NCBI GenBank assembly: GCA_965204745.1
Contig: OZ242010.1
Coordinates: 5,355,264-5,419,263, forward strand
Direction: 5' to 3'
Length of the DNA stretch: 64,000 nt
DNA from: Candidatus Latescibacterota bacterium
GTDB taxonomy: Bacteria > Latescibacterota > UBA2968
In this document: piece by piece, positions 30,179-42,700 of the stretch
How the letters are laid out: the number at the start of each line of letters is the position of its first letter
Numbering within the stretch: position 1 is the first letter of the stretch
Program-made: the position numbers and the translations under genes
Notes under the pieces: generated by a model
Databases searched by the model: none
What the model was told of the DNA's origin: nothing
The model's input: only the letters and a program-made list of their open reading frames with translations

Positions 30179-30410
30179 ACCTATCCCCCCGGCCCCCTTT
30201 CCTACGAGGAAAGGGGGAGCGCATGGCTTTCTTGAAGGGTTGTATCCAGGGCTGTTTTGATGGCTTTGAGCGAATGGATCACGCCATGAAAATCCAAAAA
30301 CCCTTACACACAATCCCTCGCAAAACCTCTCGCCATTCCCCCTTCCTCGCAGGCACAGGCGTAGCCTACAACGAAGCGAAGCGAGTAACGGGGCCAGGGG
30401 GTAGGTCCCC
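30179..30410 (-). mobile_element. MITE-like nested-palindrome element, copy 1 (~232 bp)
   Basis: Ends ACCTATCCCCCCGGCCCCC ... GGGGCCAGGGGGTAGGTCCCC are inverted repeats. Sub-terminal hairpin CCCCCTTTCCTacgAGGAAAGGGGG. Homologous to 52183-52407 and 58688-58874. Confidence 0.8.
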
Positions 30411-30571
30411 CTCGCACGCCTTCTCGCTTGACCACCGATCCCATCGTCATTTTACCGCTTGACAAACAATAGCGTAATTTTTAATTTTTCACCCATTCAC
30501 CATTGCGATTTTGAGCGCGAAGGAAAAGCCGCGCCCGGTCTGCGCGACAGCTTTTGCAAAGGAGGCTCCAG

Positions 30572-30760
30572 ATGATTACCGCCATTTTCAGCCGCTGTTT
30601 GAACCTCATTTGGTCCTATGTTTCCACCGTGAAAACTGACGTTCATATCGCCCATTCTCGTCTTGGTGTGTGCTTCTATTTTATTGCGAAACAGTCCGTT
30701 AGGCTGATCAGTACAGCCCCCCCCCCCCCCCCCCCCCCCTCGAGAAGAGAGTCAAAATGA
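30572..30760 (+). CDS. Upstream leader ORF (62 aa) ending ...STAPPPPPPPSRRESK; stop overlaps the giant gene ATG
   Basis: AAGGAGG (30559-30565) lies 6 nt before ATG 30572. The frame reads through the C23 tract as Ala-Pro7. TGA 30758-30760 overlaps ATG 30757-30759. Coding status is unproven. Confidence 0.4.
   Translation: MITAIFSRCLNLIWSYVSTVKTDVHIAHSRLGVCFYFIAKQSVRLISTAPPPPPPPSRRESK
30717..30739 (+). repeat. Homopolymeric C23 tract
   Basis: 23 consecutive C, ending 17 nt upstream of the giant ORF start. Consistent with the ORF-track translation (A + 7 P). Confidence 0.9.
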
Positions 30761-33700
30761 CATCCCGCTACGCTCATTTGTTAGCTATGGTCGCGCTGGT
30801 CGTGCTGATGGCATCGGGGCCGGCTTTTGCCCAAACCGACTACGACACGGACAACGACAACCTGATTGACGTCACCTCCTTGGCGCAACTCAATGCCATT
30901 CGCTGGGATCTCAATGGCGATGGTGCCATAGACGCAAGTGCCTCGACCAGCGATACGACCGCCTACAACGCCGCCTTTCCCAACGCCATGTCGGGCATGG
31001 GTTGCGCCGCTACCTGCACCGGCTACGAACTGATGAACAACCTCAACTTTGACGAGAACAGCGACAACGAAATCACCTCAGCAGACGCCACCTACTGGAA
31101 CAATGGCGCAGGCTGGGCGCCCATCGGCAACAGCGAGACGAAATACACCGGCAACTTCCACGGCAACGACAATACCATCTCCAACCTGTTTATCGACCGC
31201 TCTGCCGCCAACGACATCGGGCTGTTCGGCTTTGCCGAGGGCGGCACGATTCGCAATTTGAGTCTGGTGAACGCCGATGTGACCGGCTCTAGTTATACCG
31301 CAGTCCTTGTTGGCCAAGGCACCAGGCTCCAGCTCATGCACATCCGCGTTACCGGACAGGTCAGCGGGCTCAGCAATGGCGGTGGCTTGGTGGGCAGTCT
31401 GACGCACGGTAGCTCGACCATTACCGCCTGCGGTGCCGAGGTGGACGTCACTGGGCGCGGTAGCAGAACCTACTCTGATATAAGCTTCGGCGGTCTGGTA
31501 GGTGGCAACTCCGGCACGATAACCGCTAGCTATGCCACCGGCGCAGTCAGCAACGACAATGTTTACGTCGGCGGTCTGGTGGGCTTTCACGGCTCAAGTG
31601 CTGTCATACGCGCCAGCTATGCCACCGGCGCCGTTAGAGGCCAAACCTTATTCGGCGGCCTGGTCGGTATTGCTTTTGGGGGCGCGATAACCGCTAGCTA
31701 TGCCACCGGCGCCGTCAAGGGCACCGGCGCCGTCTCTTATATCGGCGGTCTGGTGGGCTTCAACAGTTCTACATCAATTACCTACAGCTACTACGATAGT
31801 ACCACCACCGGACAAAAAGACACCGGACGCGGCGCCCCTCAGACCACCGCCGGTCTCCAAAACCCCACGGATTATACCGGCATCTACGCCAACTGGAACC
31901 TGAACCTGGACGGGCAAACGGGCAACGACAATCCGTGGAGCTTTGGCACGACGAGTCAGTATCCGGTCTTGAAGTATGCCGGCATGGACACCGCCGCGCA
32001 ATTTAACGCGCAACGGGTGGGCAAGCCGACGGGTGTGATGGTGGCGGGGAAGACGGACACGCTGACCGTGACTTGGGGGTTAGTACGCAATGCAACCGGG
32101 TATAAGGTGCGGTGGAAATCAGGGATTCTGACTTACCCCACCTCTGATCTGGCGGCCGCCACGCGCGGGCAAGCCACTATCGGTAGCGTGCTCACCACGA
32201 CCTACGATATTTCTGGGCTGACCACAGGGACGACCTACACGGTTCAAGTCATCGCCACCCGCCTCAATGCAACCGACAGTGACCCTTCGGACGCAGTCAT
32301 GGTGACGCCGGCGACCACCAAGCCCACCAATGTGCGCGTGACGCCTGCGCCGGTCCAACTCATTGTGGATTGGACCAAGGCAACCGGCGCGACGGGGTAC
32401 AAGGTGCAGTGGAAGTCCGGTGGACAGACCTACAACACCTCTTCTCGCCAGGCGATGGTCTCTGGGGTGAACACCACGACCTACACGATAGAGGGCCTGA
32501 CTTTTGGCACGACCTACACTGTGCGCGTCACTGCTACCCTGGCAGGTGGGACCGATAGTGATCCCTCGGACGAGGTCGTGGGCACGCCCCTTAGAGGGCT
32601 GGACATGCCGACGGGTGTGATCGTGATGCCCAAAGTGGACACCTTGGACGTGCGCTGGACTGCGGTGAGCACTGCGACGGGGTACAAGGTGCAGTGGAAA
32701 CTCCACAGGCGGACCTACGATGTTTCGCGTCAGGTGGTCGTCACGGGGACGCGCTACGCGATCCCCAACTTGATCGCCGGGGCGTCCTATCTCGTGCGTA
32801 TCATTGCCACCAAGGCCGGTCTGCCCGAGAGTGCTCCCTCAACCGAGGTGCCCGGCGTTCCCTTGCTACGTAGCCCAATGGGTGTGATGGTGACAGCGGA
32901 TATGGACACGCTGACCGTGACTTGGAACGCCGTGGACAATGCAACCGGGTATAAGGTGCAGTGGAAATCAGGGAATCTGACTTATCCCACCGCCGATGTG
33001 GAGACCACCGCCTTGCGCGGGCAAGCTACAATCGCAGGCGGGAACACCACGACCCACAAAATTTCTGGGTTGACCGCAGGGACGACCTACACGATTCGCG
33101 TCATCGCCACGCACACCAATGTAGCCGATAGCGCTCCCTCTGTCGAGGTGCCCGGCGTTCCTTTGCTGGGCAAGCCGACTGTGATGGTGGCGGCGAAGAT
33201 GGACACGCTGACCGTGACTTGGAACGCCGTGGACGATGCAACCGGGTATAAGGTGCAGTGGAAATCAGGGAATCTGACTTACCCCACCGCCGATCTGGAT
33301 TCCGCCACGCGCGGGCAAGCCACCATCGCAGGCGGGAACACCACGACCCACAAAATCTCCGGTGTGACCGTCGGGACGCTCTACGCGGTTCGCGTCATCG
33401 CCACGAGCACCAATACCAATATCGCCGACAGCACGCCTTCGGAGGAAGTCATGGTGATGCCGGCGACAAACAGGCCCACCAATGTGCGCGTGACGCCGGG
33501 GACGACCCAACTCCTTGTGCGTTGGACCGAGGCAACCGGCGCGACGGGATACAAGGTGCAGTGGAAGTCCGGGCAACAGGCATACGACCCCTCTTCTCGA
33601 CAGGCGCAGGTCTCTGGGGTGAGCACCACGACCTACACGATAGAGAACCTGACGGTTAGCACGACCTACACGGTGCGCGTCATCGCTATCCTGTCAGGTG

Positions 33701-36700
33701 GGGTCGATAGCACGCCCTCGGACGAGGTCATGGGCACGCCCCCGGGGATCGATTACGACAGGGATGGCGATGGCCTCATCGACATTACGACGCTGGCACA
33801 ACTCAATGCCATCCGCTACGACATGGATGGCAACGGCGACGCTACCCACGCCGTTTATGCCGCCGCTTTTCCCAACCGCGATACCACCAGTAGCATCCGG
33901 ATGGGTTGCCCTTCCGGGACCTGCACCGGCTACGAACTGCTCAACAACCTCGACTTTTCAGGAGGTCAATGGACCAGCGGCGCGGGTTGGCTCCCTATTG
34001 GAGTGTGGGGGCGTAATTCGTGGGAGACTTACACTGGCACGTTCAAGGGCAATAACAAGACCATCTCCAACCTGTACATCAACCGTGGTGACGATATTGA
34101 TGTTGGGCTGTTTGGTCATGTCAGCGGCAACATTTCCGGTCTGGGGCTGAAAAATGTCGATGTAAGAGGCACCGACAATGTGGGTGGGTTGGTCGGTGAA
34201 CAGGAGGGTGGTCGCATACTGAGTTGTTTTGTCACGGGTCGCGTTGAGGGTTGGAGTACCGCCATTAGAACTACGGGCGGTTTGGTGGGTCGTTCAGGAG
34301 CTAACACCGTCATCGCGGCCAGCTATGCCAATGCTGAGGTCATCATGGATCTGGATGAAACTAATGCTTATGCCGGCGGTTTGGTGGGCTTCAAATCAAA
34401 TAGTTCTGAGATAATAGCGTCCTACGCCATCGGGCCGGTGACTGGTAGAAATGCAGGCGGTCTGATTGGGCATGGTGGTGCTGCTACTTCTTTTAGTTTG
34501 GCTAGCTATTCCACAGGGACAGTCACTGGGGGAGGCTACATAGGCGGATTTGTGGGGAGGTTAGGGGCGGGATCGTATAGCTATTGGGATACGGAAAGTA
34601 GCGATCTCTTATCCAGTGCTGGCGGCACGGGCCAGACCACCAGCGCGTTGCAGTCGGAAACGGACTACGACGGCATCTACGCCAGTTGGGATGTGGATGT
34701 CGATGGCAGGGTTGGCAATGACGATCCGTGGACCTTTGGCGCGGCGGATCAGTATCCGGTGTTGAAATATGCCGGCATGGATACCACCGCACAATTTGCA
34801 ATGCAACCGCCGGGCATTCCGACAAGTGTGACCGTGACGGTGCAAGCGGCCACTTTGGATGTGCGTTGGCGTGCGGCGAGTTATGCGACGGGGTACAAGG
34901 TGCAGTGGAAATCCGGCATGCAAAGCTACGACGCCTCGCGTGAGGGGATCGTCACGGGGACGCGCTACAATATCCCTAACTTGGCGGTTGGGACGACCTA
35001 CACAGTGCGTGTCATTGCCACCAAGACCGGTGCCCGCGATGGCCGGCCCTCAGCAGAGCAGACCGGCGTTATCTCCGTGCTGGGCAGTCCGACTGTGATG
35101 GTGGCGGCGAAGTTGGACACGTTGACCGTGACTTGGAATGTGGTGACCAGCGCAACCGGCTACAAGGTGCAGTGGAAATCGGGGTCAGAGACTTATCCCA
35201 ATGCCGATCTGGCGTCCGCCTTGCGCGGGCAAGCCACCATCGTAGGCGGGAGCACCACGACCTACAAAATCCCCAATGTGACCAGAGGGACAGCCTACAC
35301 GGTGCGCGTCATCGCCACGCGTACCAATGTAGCCGACAGTGCCCCCTCGGAGGAAGTAACCGGCGTTCCCGGGCTGGAACGCCCGACGGGTGTGGATGTG
35401 AGTGCGACGGTGGACACGCTGACCGTGACTTGGAATGTGGTGGACGATGCAACCGGGTATAAGGTGCAGTGGAAATCGGGGTCAGAGACTTATCCCAATG
35501 CCGATCTGGTGTCCGCCTTGCGCGGGCAAGCCACCCTCGTAGGCGGGAGCACCACGACCTACAAAATCCCCAATGTGACCACAGGGACGACCTACACGGT
35601 TCGCGTCATCGCCACGCGTACCAATGTAGCCGACAGTGCCCCCTCGGAGGAAGTAACCGTGCTGGTTAGCCCGACGGGTGTGATGGTGCGTGCGACGGTG
35701 GACACGCTGACCGTGACTTGGAATGCGGTGGACGATGCCACCGGGTATAAGGTGCAGTGGAAATCCGGGTCAGAGACTTATCCCAACGCCGATTCTCAGG
35801 CCGCCACGCACGGGCAAGCTACCATCTCTGACGGGGGCACCACGACCTACGATATTTCTGGGCTGACCGCAGGGACGACCTACACGGTTCGGATCATCGC
35901 CACGAGTACCAATAGCAATGTAGCCGACAGTGCCCCCTCGGCAGAGCAGACCGGCGTTCCCGTGCTGGGTAGCCCGGCTGTGATGGTGGCGGCGAAGGCG
36001 GACACGCTGACCGTGATGTGGAATGCGGTGGACGATGCCACCGGGTATAAGGTGCAGTGGAAGTCCGGGTCAGAGACTTATCCCAACGCCGATCTGGCGT
36101 TGGCCACGCACGGGCAAGCCACAATCGCTGGCGGGGGCACCACGACCTACAAAATTTCTGGGCTGACCGCAGGGACGACCTACACGATTCGCGTCATCGC
36201 CACGCGTACCAATGTAGCCGACAGTGCCCCCTCGGCAGAGCAGACCGGCGTTCCCGTGCTGGGTAGCCCGGCTGTGATGGTGCGTGCGAAGTTGGACACA
36301 CTGACCGTGACTTGGAATGTGGTGACCAACGCAACCGGGTATAAGGTGCAGTGGAAATCCGGGTCAGAGATTTATCCCACCTCCGATGAGCAGTCCGCCA
36401 CGCGCGGGCAAGCCACTATCGTAGGCGGGCGCACCACGACCTACAAAATTTCTGGGCTGACCAGAGGGACGACCTACACGGTTCGCGTCATCGCCACGCG
36501 TACCAATGTAGCCGACAGTGCCCCCTCGGCAGAGCAGACCGGCGTTCCCGTGCTGGGTAGCCCGGCTGTGATGGTGGCGGCGAAGGTGGACACGCTGACC
36601 GTGACTTGGAATGCGGTGGACGATGCCACCGGGTATAAGGTGCAGTGGAAATCCGGGTCAGAGATTTATCCCACTTCCGATGAGCAGTCCGCCACGCGCG

Positions 36701-39700
36701 GGCAAGCCACTATCGCTGGCGGGAGCACCACGACCTACAAAATCTCCAATGTGACCACAGGGACAGCCTACACGGTGCGCGTCATCGCCACGCGTACCAA
36801 TGTAGCCGACAGTGCCCCCTCGGAGGAAGTAACCGTGCTGGTTAGCCCGACGGGTGTGATGGTGGCGGCGAAGGTGGACACGCTGACCGTGACTTGGAAT
36901 GCGGTGGACGATGCCACCGGGTATAAGGTGCAGTGGAAATCAGGGGCAGCGACTTATCCCAACACCGATTCTCAGGCCGCCACGCACGGGCAAGCTACCA
37001 TCTCTGACGGGGGCACCACGACCTACGATATTTCTGGGCTGACCGCAGGGACGACCTACACGGTTCGGATCATCGCCACGAGTACCAATAGCAATGTAGC
37101 CGACAGTGCCCCCTCGGCAGAGCAGACCGGCGTTCCCGTGCTGGGTAGCCCGGCTGTGATGGTGGCGGCGAAGGTGGACACGCTGACCGTGACGTGGAAT
37201 GTGGTGGACGATGCCACCGGGTATAAGGTGCAGTGGAAATCAGGGTCAGCGACTTATCCCACCGCCGATCTGGCGTTGGCCACGCGCGGGCAAGCCACAA
37301 TCGCTGGCGGGGGCACCACGACCTACAAAATTTCTGGGCTGACCACAGGGACGACTTACACGATTCGCGTCATCGCCACGCGTACCAATGTAGCCGACAG
37401 TGCCCCCTCGGATGAAGTCATGGTGACCTTGGCGACAAACAAACCCACCAATGTGAATGTGCGCGTGACGCCGGGGATAGCCCAACTCATCGTGCGTTGG
37501 ACCGAGGCAACCGGCGCGACGGGATACAAGGTGCAGTGGAAGTCCGGTGGACAAAGCTACAACACTTCTTCCCGCCAGGAGACGGTCTCTGGAGGCAGCA
37601 CCACGACCTACACGATAGAAAACCTGACTTTTGGCACGCCCTACACGGTGCGCGTCACTGCTACCCTGACAGGTGGGATGGATAGCACCCCCTCGGACGA
37701 GGTCGTGGGCACGCCCCAAGCGATCAATTACGACAGCGATGGCGATGGCCTCATCGCCATTGAGACGCTGGCGCAACTGCATGCCATCCGCTGGGATCTC
37801 AACGGCGATGGTGCTGTGGACGCAAGTGCCACGTCCAGCGATACGACCGCCTACAATGCCGCCTTTCCCGGCCGCGACACCACCAGCAACGTCCGGATGG
37901 GTTGCCCGTCCGGGACCTGCACCGGCTACGAACTGCTCAACAACCTAAATTTCGACACCGACGGGAGCGGGAGCGTAACCTCTGACGACACCTACCCCAA
38001 CTGGGTGCCCATCGGCAACTACTCGGCAACGTTCAAAGGCAACAACAAGACCATCTCCAATCTGCACATCAACCGTGGCGGTTGGTATCATGTTGGGCTG
38101 TTTAGCCAGGTCGGCGGCAACATTTCCGGTCTGGGGTTGAAAAGTGTCAATGTAAGAGGCGGGCATCAAGTGGGTGGGCTGGTCGGTAATCAGTGGGGTG
38201 GTCGCATCCTGGGCTGTTATGTCACGGGTCGCGTTGAGGGTACTGGTAGCTATGTGGGCGGTTTGGTGGGTCATTCAACCGGCAATAATACCGTCATCGC
38301 GGTCAGCTATACCAATGCTGTGGTCTCCGGAGGGCGGCTTCAAGAAGGGGTCGGCGGTTTAGTGGGCATACTATATACTACGGTGATAGCGTCCTACGCC
38401 ATCGGGCCGGTGACTGGAAATAGCAGGGTAGGCGGTTTGGTGGGGAGATTGGCCATTACTTCTGGTCATTCTCCTCTGGTTGGTTCGGTTAGTACCAGCT
38501 ATGCCACGGGGACAGTCACTAGGCTCAACCAATTCTCCAGCAATCTAGGCGGATTGATCGGGTCTAAACGACATAATTTAGTGTCCCATAGTTACTGGGA
38601 TAGGGAAAGTAGCGGTTTCTCAACTAGTGCTGGCGGCACGGGCAAGACCACCAGCGAGTTGCAGTCGCAAACGTCATACAACGACATCTACGCCAGTTGG
38701 AATGTGAATGTCGATGGTAGCCCTGGCAATGACAACCCGTGGACCTTTGGCGCGGCGGATCAGTATCCGGTCTTGAAATATGCCGGCATGGACACCACCG
38801 CGCAATTTGCAATGCAAGCACCGGGCATTCCGACAAGTGTGACCGTGACGGTGCAAGCGGACACCTTGGACGTGCGTTGGCGTGCGGCGAGTTATGCGAC
38901 GGGGTACAAGGTGCAGTGGAAAGCCGGCGGGCAGAACTACGCCGTCTCGCGTCAGGCCATCACCACGGATACGCGCTACAAGATCGCCAACTTGCTCGCC
39001 GGGACGACCTACACAGTGCGTGTCATTGCCACCAAGACCGGTGCCCGCGATGGCCGGCCCTCGGCAGAGCAGACCGGCGTTCCCGTGCTGGGCAGTCCGA
39101 CTGTGATGGTGGCGGCGAAGGCGGATACGCTGACCGTGACATGGAATGCGGTGACCAACGCAACAGGGTATAAGGTGCAATGGAAATCCGGGGCAGAGAC
39201 TTATCCCGCCGCCGATGAGGAGTCCGCCACGCACGGGCAAGCCACCATCGCTGGCGGGCGCACCACGACCTACGATATTTCTGGGCTGACCGCAGGGACG
39301 GCCTACGCGATTCGCGTCATCGCCACGCGTACCAATGTAGCCGACAGTGCCCCCTCGGCAGAGCAGACCGGCGTTCCCGTGCTGGATAGCCCGACGGGTG
39401 TGGATGTGAGTGCGACGGTGGACACGCTGACCGTGACTTGGAATGTGGTGGACGATGCCACCGGGTATAAGGTGCAGTGGAAATCCGGGTCAGAGACTTA
39501 TCCCAACGCCGATTCTCAGTCCGCCACGCGCGGGCAAGCCACAATCTCTGGCGGGGGCACCACGACCCACAAAATTTCTGGGCTGACCACAGGGACGACC
39601 TACACGGTTCAAGTCATCGCCACGCACACCACAACGGCCGGCAACAGTGCCCCTTCGGCCGCAGTCATGGTGACCTCGGCGACAACCAAGCCCACCAATG

Positions 39701-42700
39701 TGCGCGTGACGCCGGGGCCGCTCCGATTCATTGTGGCTTGGACCGAGGCAACCGGCGCGACGGGCTACAAGGTGCAGTGGAAGTCCGGTGGACAAAGCTA
39801 TAACACGGCGACTCGTCAGGTGGTGGTCTCTATGAACACCAGGACCGCCACGATTGTGAACCTGACGATTGGCACGATCTACACGGTGCGCGTCACTGCT
39901 ACCCTGGCAGGTGGGATCGATAGTGATCCCTCGGACGAGGTCATGGTCACGATCCAAGGGATCAATTACGACAGCGATGGCGATGGCCTCATCGCCATTG
40001 AGACGCTGGCGCAACTGCATGCCATCCGCTGGGATCTCAACGGCGATGGTGCCATAGACGCAAGTGCCTCGACCAGCGATACGACCGCCTACAACGCCGC
40101 CTTTCCCAACCGAGACACCACCAGCAATGTCCGGATGGGTTGCCCTTCCGGAACCTGCACCGGCTACGAACTGCTCAACAACCTCGACTTTGACGAGAAT
40201 GGCGACGACGAAATCACCTCAGCAGACGCCACCTACTGGAACAACGGCGACGGCTGGCTACCCATCGGCACAGACGCCGCCAAATACACCGGCGATTTCA
40301 AGGGCAACGGCTACACTATCGACAACCTGACCATCAACCGACCCTCCGTCGGTGAAGTGGGATTATTCGGCAACGCCGACACCGCCTCCCGCATCGAGTC
40401 CGTCGGCATAACCAACGCCAGTGTTGCGGGAGGCGAATATGCCGGCGCTCTGGTCGGTGCCCTGCGCGGCATAGTCGTCGCCTGCTACTCCACCGGCAAC
40501 GTTTCGGCGACGACTAGGGTCGCCGGTGGACTGGTCGGATGGACGCCCAACGCTATTACCTCAAGCTACTCCACCGCATCCGTCAGCGGCCCTGAGCATG
40601 TCGGCGGACTGCTGGGATCAAGCCAAGGCGGCTCCGTAACGAACTCCTACTCCACCGGCACGGTTACCGGCACCGGCAGTTCTCCACTCATCGGCGGGTT
40701 GATAGGCTCCGGCACGGGTGGCACCGCAAGCTACTGGGACACCCAAACCAGCGGCTGTACATCCGGCGGTAGCAACGGTTGCACAACCAGCGCCGGTGGT
40801 GGCGGCGTTACCGGCCAGACGACCAGCGCGCTCCAATCCCCCACCGGCTACACCCTCATCTTCTCCACTTGGAACGCCAACCTCGACGGACAAGCCGGCA
40901 ACGACGATCCTTGGGCCTTTGGCAAGACAGATCAATATCCCGTGTTGAAATATGCCGGCATGGACACCACCGTGCAGTATAACTTGCAACCGCCGGGCAT
41001 TCCGACAAGTGTGACCGTGACGCCACAAAGGGACACCTTGGACGTGCGTTGGACTGCGGCGAGTTATGCGACGGGGTACAAGGTGCAGTGGAAATCCGGC
41101 ATGCAAAGCTACGACACCTCACGTCAGGGGACCGTCACGGGGACGCGCTACAAGATCTCCAACTTGATCGGCGGGACGACCTACACAGTGCGGGTCATTG
41201 CCACCAAGACCGGTGCGCCCGATGGCACACCCTCGGCAGAGCAGACCGGCGTTTCCGTGCTGGGCAGTCCGACTGTGATGGTGGCGGCGAAGGTGGACAC
41301 GCTGACCGTGACGTGGAATGCGGTGTCCAACGCAACAGGGTATAAGGTGCAGTGGAAATCCGGGTCAGAGACTTATCCCGCCGCCGATGAGGAGTCCGCC
41401 ACGCACGGGCAAGCCACTATCGCTGACGGGAGGGCCACGACCTACGATATTTCTGGGCTGACCGCAGGGATGGCCTACACGGTGCGCGTCATCGCCACGA
41501 GTACCAATAGCAATGTAGCCGACAGTGCCCCCTCGGCAGAGCAGACCGGCGTTCCCCTGCTGGGCAGTCCGACTGTGATGGTGGCGGCGACGGTGGACAC
41601 GCTGACCGTGACTTGGAATGTGGTGGACGATGCCACCGGGTATAAGGTGCAGTGGAAATCCGGGTCAGAGACTTATCCCAACGCCGATCTGGCGGCCGCC
41701 ACGCACGGGCAAGCCACTATCGCTGGCGGGGGCACCACGACCTACGATATTTCTGGGCTGACCGCAGGGACGACCTACGCGATTCGCGTCATCGCCACGC
41801 GTACCAATGTAGCCGACAGTGCCCCTTCGGACGCAGTCATGGTGACCTTGGCGACAAACAAACCCACCAATGTGCGCGTGACGCCGGGGCCGGTCCAACT
41901 CATTGTGCGTTGGAGCGAGGCGACCGGCGCGACGGGCTACAAGGTGCAGTGGAAGTCCGGTGTACAAAGCTATAACACGACGACTCGTCAGGTGGTGGTT
42001 TCTATGAACACCAGGACCGCCACGATTGTGAACCTGACTTTTGGCACGCCCTACACGGTGCGCGTCCTTGCCACCCTATCAGGTGGGGGCGATAGCGAAC
42101 CCTCGGACGAGGTCATGGGCACGCCCCAAGGGATCGATTACGACAGCGATGGCGATGGCCTCATCAATATTGAGACGCTGGCGCAACTGCATGCCATCCG
42201 CTGGGATCTCAACGGCGATGGGATCGTCGCCGATAGTGATGCCGCGAACTACAACGCTGCCTTTCCCAGCCGAGATACCACCAGCAATGTCCGGATGGGT
42301 TGCCCTTCTGGGACCTGCACAGGCTACGAACTGATCACGAACCTCAACTTTGACCAGAACAACGACGGCGAAATCACCTCAGCAGACGCCACCTACTGGA
42401 ATGCCAACGCGGGTTGGCAACCCATCGGGACTTATACCGGTACGTTCAAGGGCAATAACAAGACGATCTCCAATCTGTACATCAACCGTGGCGGTCAAAA
42501 TGATGTTGGGCTGTTCGTGGATCTCACGGGCACTGTTTCCGGTCTTGGGCTCCGCAATGTGGATGTCAGAGGCAACCTCGCCGTGGGAGGACTTACCGGA
42601 AATCAGGCCGGGGGTGCCATCACGGGTTGTTATGTCACCGGTCGCGTTCGGGGGTCTGGCAGTTTCGGCTTGGGCGGTCTGGTGGGGCATTCTCATACCG

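Noticed and set aside
30061-30462. ORFs running through the MITE-like copies (30061-30462, 52076-52372, 58686-58922 and their antisense partners)
   Set aside because: The element occurs in both orientations and with indels that break any common frame. The translations are Pro/Gly/Arg low-complexity. Treated as non-coding repeat DNA.
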